The notes beneath the pieces were generated by a model. That model ran no database searches, had not been told where the DNA came from, and saw only the letters and a program-made list of their open reading frames with translations. A DNA stretch of 24,000 nt from Planctomycetota bacterium (GTDB lineage Bacteria; Planctomycetota; UBA1135; GCA-002686595), in assembly GCA_016779205.1 (NCBI GenBank), contig JADHOC010000010.1:22108-46107 (forward strand), written 5' to 3'. Numbering within the stretch: the first letter of the stretch is position 1; every line of letters starts with the position of its first letter. Of this stretch, positions 22,768 through 24,000 are shown piece by piece. The position numbers and the translations under genes are program-made.

Positions 22768-24000
22768 TTGAAGGCCCTCTCACTCGGCCTCCTCGCCGCC
22801 GCGTTGGCGGCGGGCGAGGCCGCCGCACAGTCGCCCCCGAACGTGCTGCTGGTCGTCGCCGACGACCTGGCGGCGGGGGCGCTCGGGGCCTACGGGAACC
22901 TGGAGGTCCTGACGCCCAACGTGGACCGCCTCGCCGCCAGGGGCACGGTCTTCGACTCGGCCTACTGCCAGTATCCGGTGTGCGCGCACTCCCGGGCGTC
23001 CATGCTGAGCGGCCTGTACGTGCAGCAGCTCACGGGTTCGAACGGCGGCTTCACCAACCTCGATAGCGTCCTCGGCTCCCGCTCGACGCTCCCCGAGCAT
23101 TTCCGGCAGGCCGGCTATACCGCGGCGCGCGTGAGCAAGCTCTATCACATGCGCGTGCCCGGCGACATCACGAACGGGGCCGCCGGCTCCGACCACGTGC
23201 CCTCCTGGGACGTGGCGGTGAACGTCCAGGCGCCCGAGTGGCAGACGCCGGGAACCGCTGGGCACTACACCAACGAGACCCTCAACTTCGACCCCAACCT
23301 GCACTACGGCCTCGGCTTTGGGACCGCGTTCTACGCCGTCGAGGCATCGACCAGCGGCGCGGAGCAAGCGGATCACGTCGCCGTGGACGAGGCGATCTCC
23401 CTGCTCGAGGGGTTCGGGGGGCAGCCCTTCTTCCTGGCCGTCGGCTTCGTCCGCCCCCACGTCCCCCTGGTGGCGCCCGCGGCGGACTTCGCTCCCTACG
23501 ACCCCGCGCAGCTGTCCCTCGCCCAGAGCGTGCCCGGGGACCTCGCGGACATCCCTGCGGCCGGCATCTTCTGGAACGAGCCCGCCCGGGGGCCGAACAG
23601 CGACCCGGATCGGCGTGAGGTGCTGCGGGCCTACTACGCCTCGGTGTCGTTCATGGACCGACAGCTGGGCCGGCTGCTGGACCGGCTGGAGCAGCTTGGG
23701 CTCGAGGACGACACGCTCGTCGTCTTCACCTCCGATCACGGCTACCACCTCGGCGAGCACACCTTCTGGCAGAAGCTCAGCCTGCACGAGGAGTCCGCCC
23801 GGGTCCCGCTGATCGCCGCAGGGCCAGGGGTCCAGACCGGCCGGCGCGGACAGGTGGCCGAGCTGGTGGACCTCTATCCGACGCTCGCCGACCTCGCGGG
23901 TCTGCCGATCCCGACCCACTGCGCCGGTCAATCCCTGCGCGGGGTCATCGAGGGCAGCAGCGGCGAGCTCCGCACGGGCGCCTACTCGCGGATCGCAGGT
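22768..24000 (+). CDS. Type-I sulfatase, iduronate-2-sulfatase-like, N-terminal about 410 aa (continues past the window end)
   Basis: This ORF is not in the supplied track because it has no stop inside the window. I translated it by hand and it is open from TTG 22768 to base 24000. Signal peptide (M)KALSLGLLAAALAAGEAAAQ. Then PNVLLVVADDL...TPNVDRLAARGTVFDSAYCQYPVCAHSRASMLSGLY (sulfatase active-site block), FFLAVGFVRPHVPLVAP, and VVFTSDHGYHLGEHTFWQKLSLHEESARVPLIAAGPG. The start codon assignment (TTG) is tentative. Confidence 0.85.
   Translation, partial: MKALSLGLLAAALAAGEAAAQSPPNVLLVVADDLAAGALGAYGNLEVLTPNVDRLAARGTVFDSAYCQYPVCAHSRASMLSGLYVQQLTGSNGGFTNLDSVLGSRSTLPEHFRQAGYTAARVSKLYHMRVPGDITNGAAGSDHVPSWDVAVNVQAPEWQTPGTAGHYTNETLNFDPNLHYGLGFGTAFYAVEASTSGAEQADHVAVDEAISLLEGFGGQPFFLAVGFVRPHVPLVAPAADFAPYDPAQLSLAQSVPGDLADIPAAGIFWNEPARGPNSDPDRREVLRAYYASVSFMDRQLGRLLDRLEQLGLEDDTLVVFTSDHGYHLGEHTFWQKLSLHEESARVPLIAAGPGVQTGRRGQVAELVDLYPTLADLAGLPIPTHCAGQSLRGVIEGSSGELRTGAYSRIAG

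Overview
This is a very GC-rich bacterial chromosomal segment (roughly 70% G+C by eye, not computed; real reading frames show strong G/C at codon position 3). It is densely coding. I saw no rRNA, CRISPR array, transposase, integrase or phage genes. I call 19 protein-coding genes (one split into two ORFs by an apparent frameshift), one tRNA-His(GUG) and three hairpin terminator candidates. On the minus strand, reading 5'->3': a tail-anchored Zn-ribbon protein, a long ThiF/MoeB-like E1 adenylyltransferase, a MobA/MocA-like nucleotidyltransferase and a 1067-aa PATAN(DUF4388) membrane protein. Further along on the minus strand are an HDOD protein, a cytochrome b562-like/VOC pair, and a small membrane protein/GT4 glycosyltransferase pair. 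On the plus strand: a Gfo/Idh/MocA oxidoreductase, an acidic secreted protein, a xylose-isomerase-like TIM barrel enzyme, a NupG-type MFS permease, a DUF962/Mpo1-like protein, and a 1234-aa secreted fusion (TPR, HExxH peptidase, DUF1080-like and thioredoxin-like modules). That fusion is convergent with a carboxypeptidase-regulatory-like repeat protein. A LamG protein follows, and type-I sulfatases truncated by the window edges sit at both ends. This repertoire resembles Planctomycetota/PVC-like marine heterotrophs, but taxonomy cannot be settled from this window. The observations most worth a second look are: (1) the overlap-coupled Zn-ribbon/E1-like/NTP-transferase cassette, which has no ubiquitin-like or sulfur-carrier partner and sits next to the PATAN giant; (2) a roughly 135-140 aa cysteine-containing C-terminal domain shared by two otherwise unrelated secreted proteins; (3) the multi-domain peptidase fusion with a cysteine-less thioredoxin fold; (4) a possible oxidative glycoside/nucleoside utilisation locus; (5) a 1-nt frameshift in a G5 run that splits the LamG gene; (6) a sulfatase with C-A-H-S-R in place of the C-x-P-x-R maturation motif. 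All domain names come from motif recognition by eye. No database or HMM search was run, so family assignments need confirmation. The many long ORFs antisense to these genes are treated as GC-driven artefacts.
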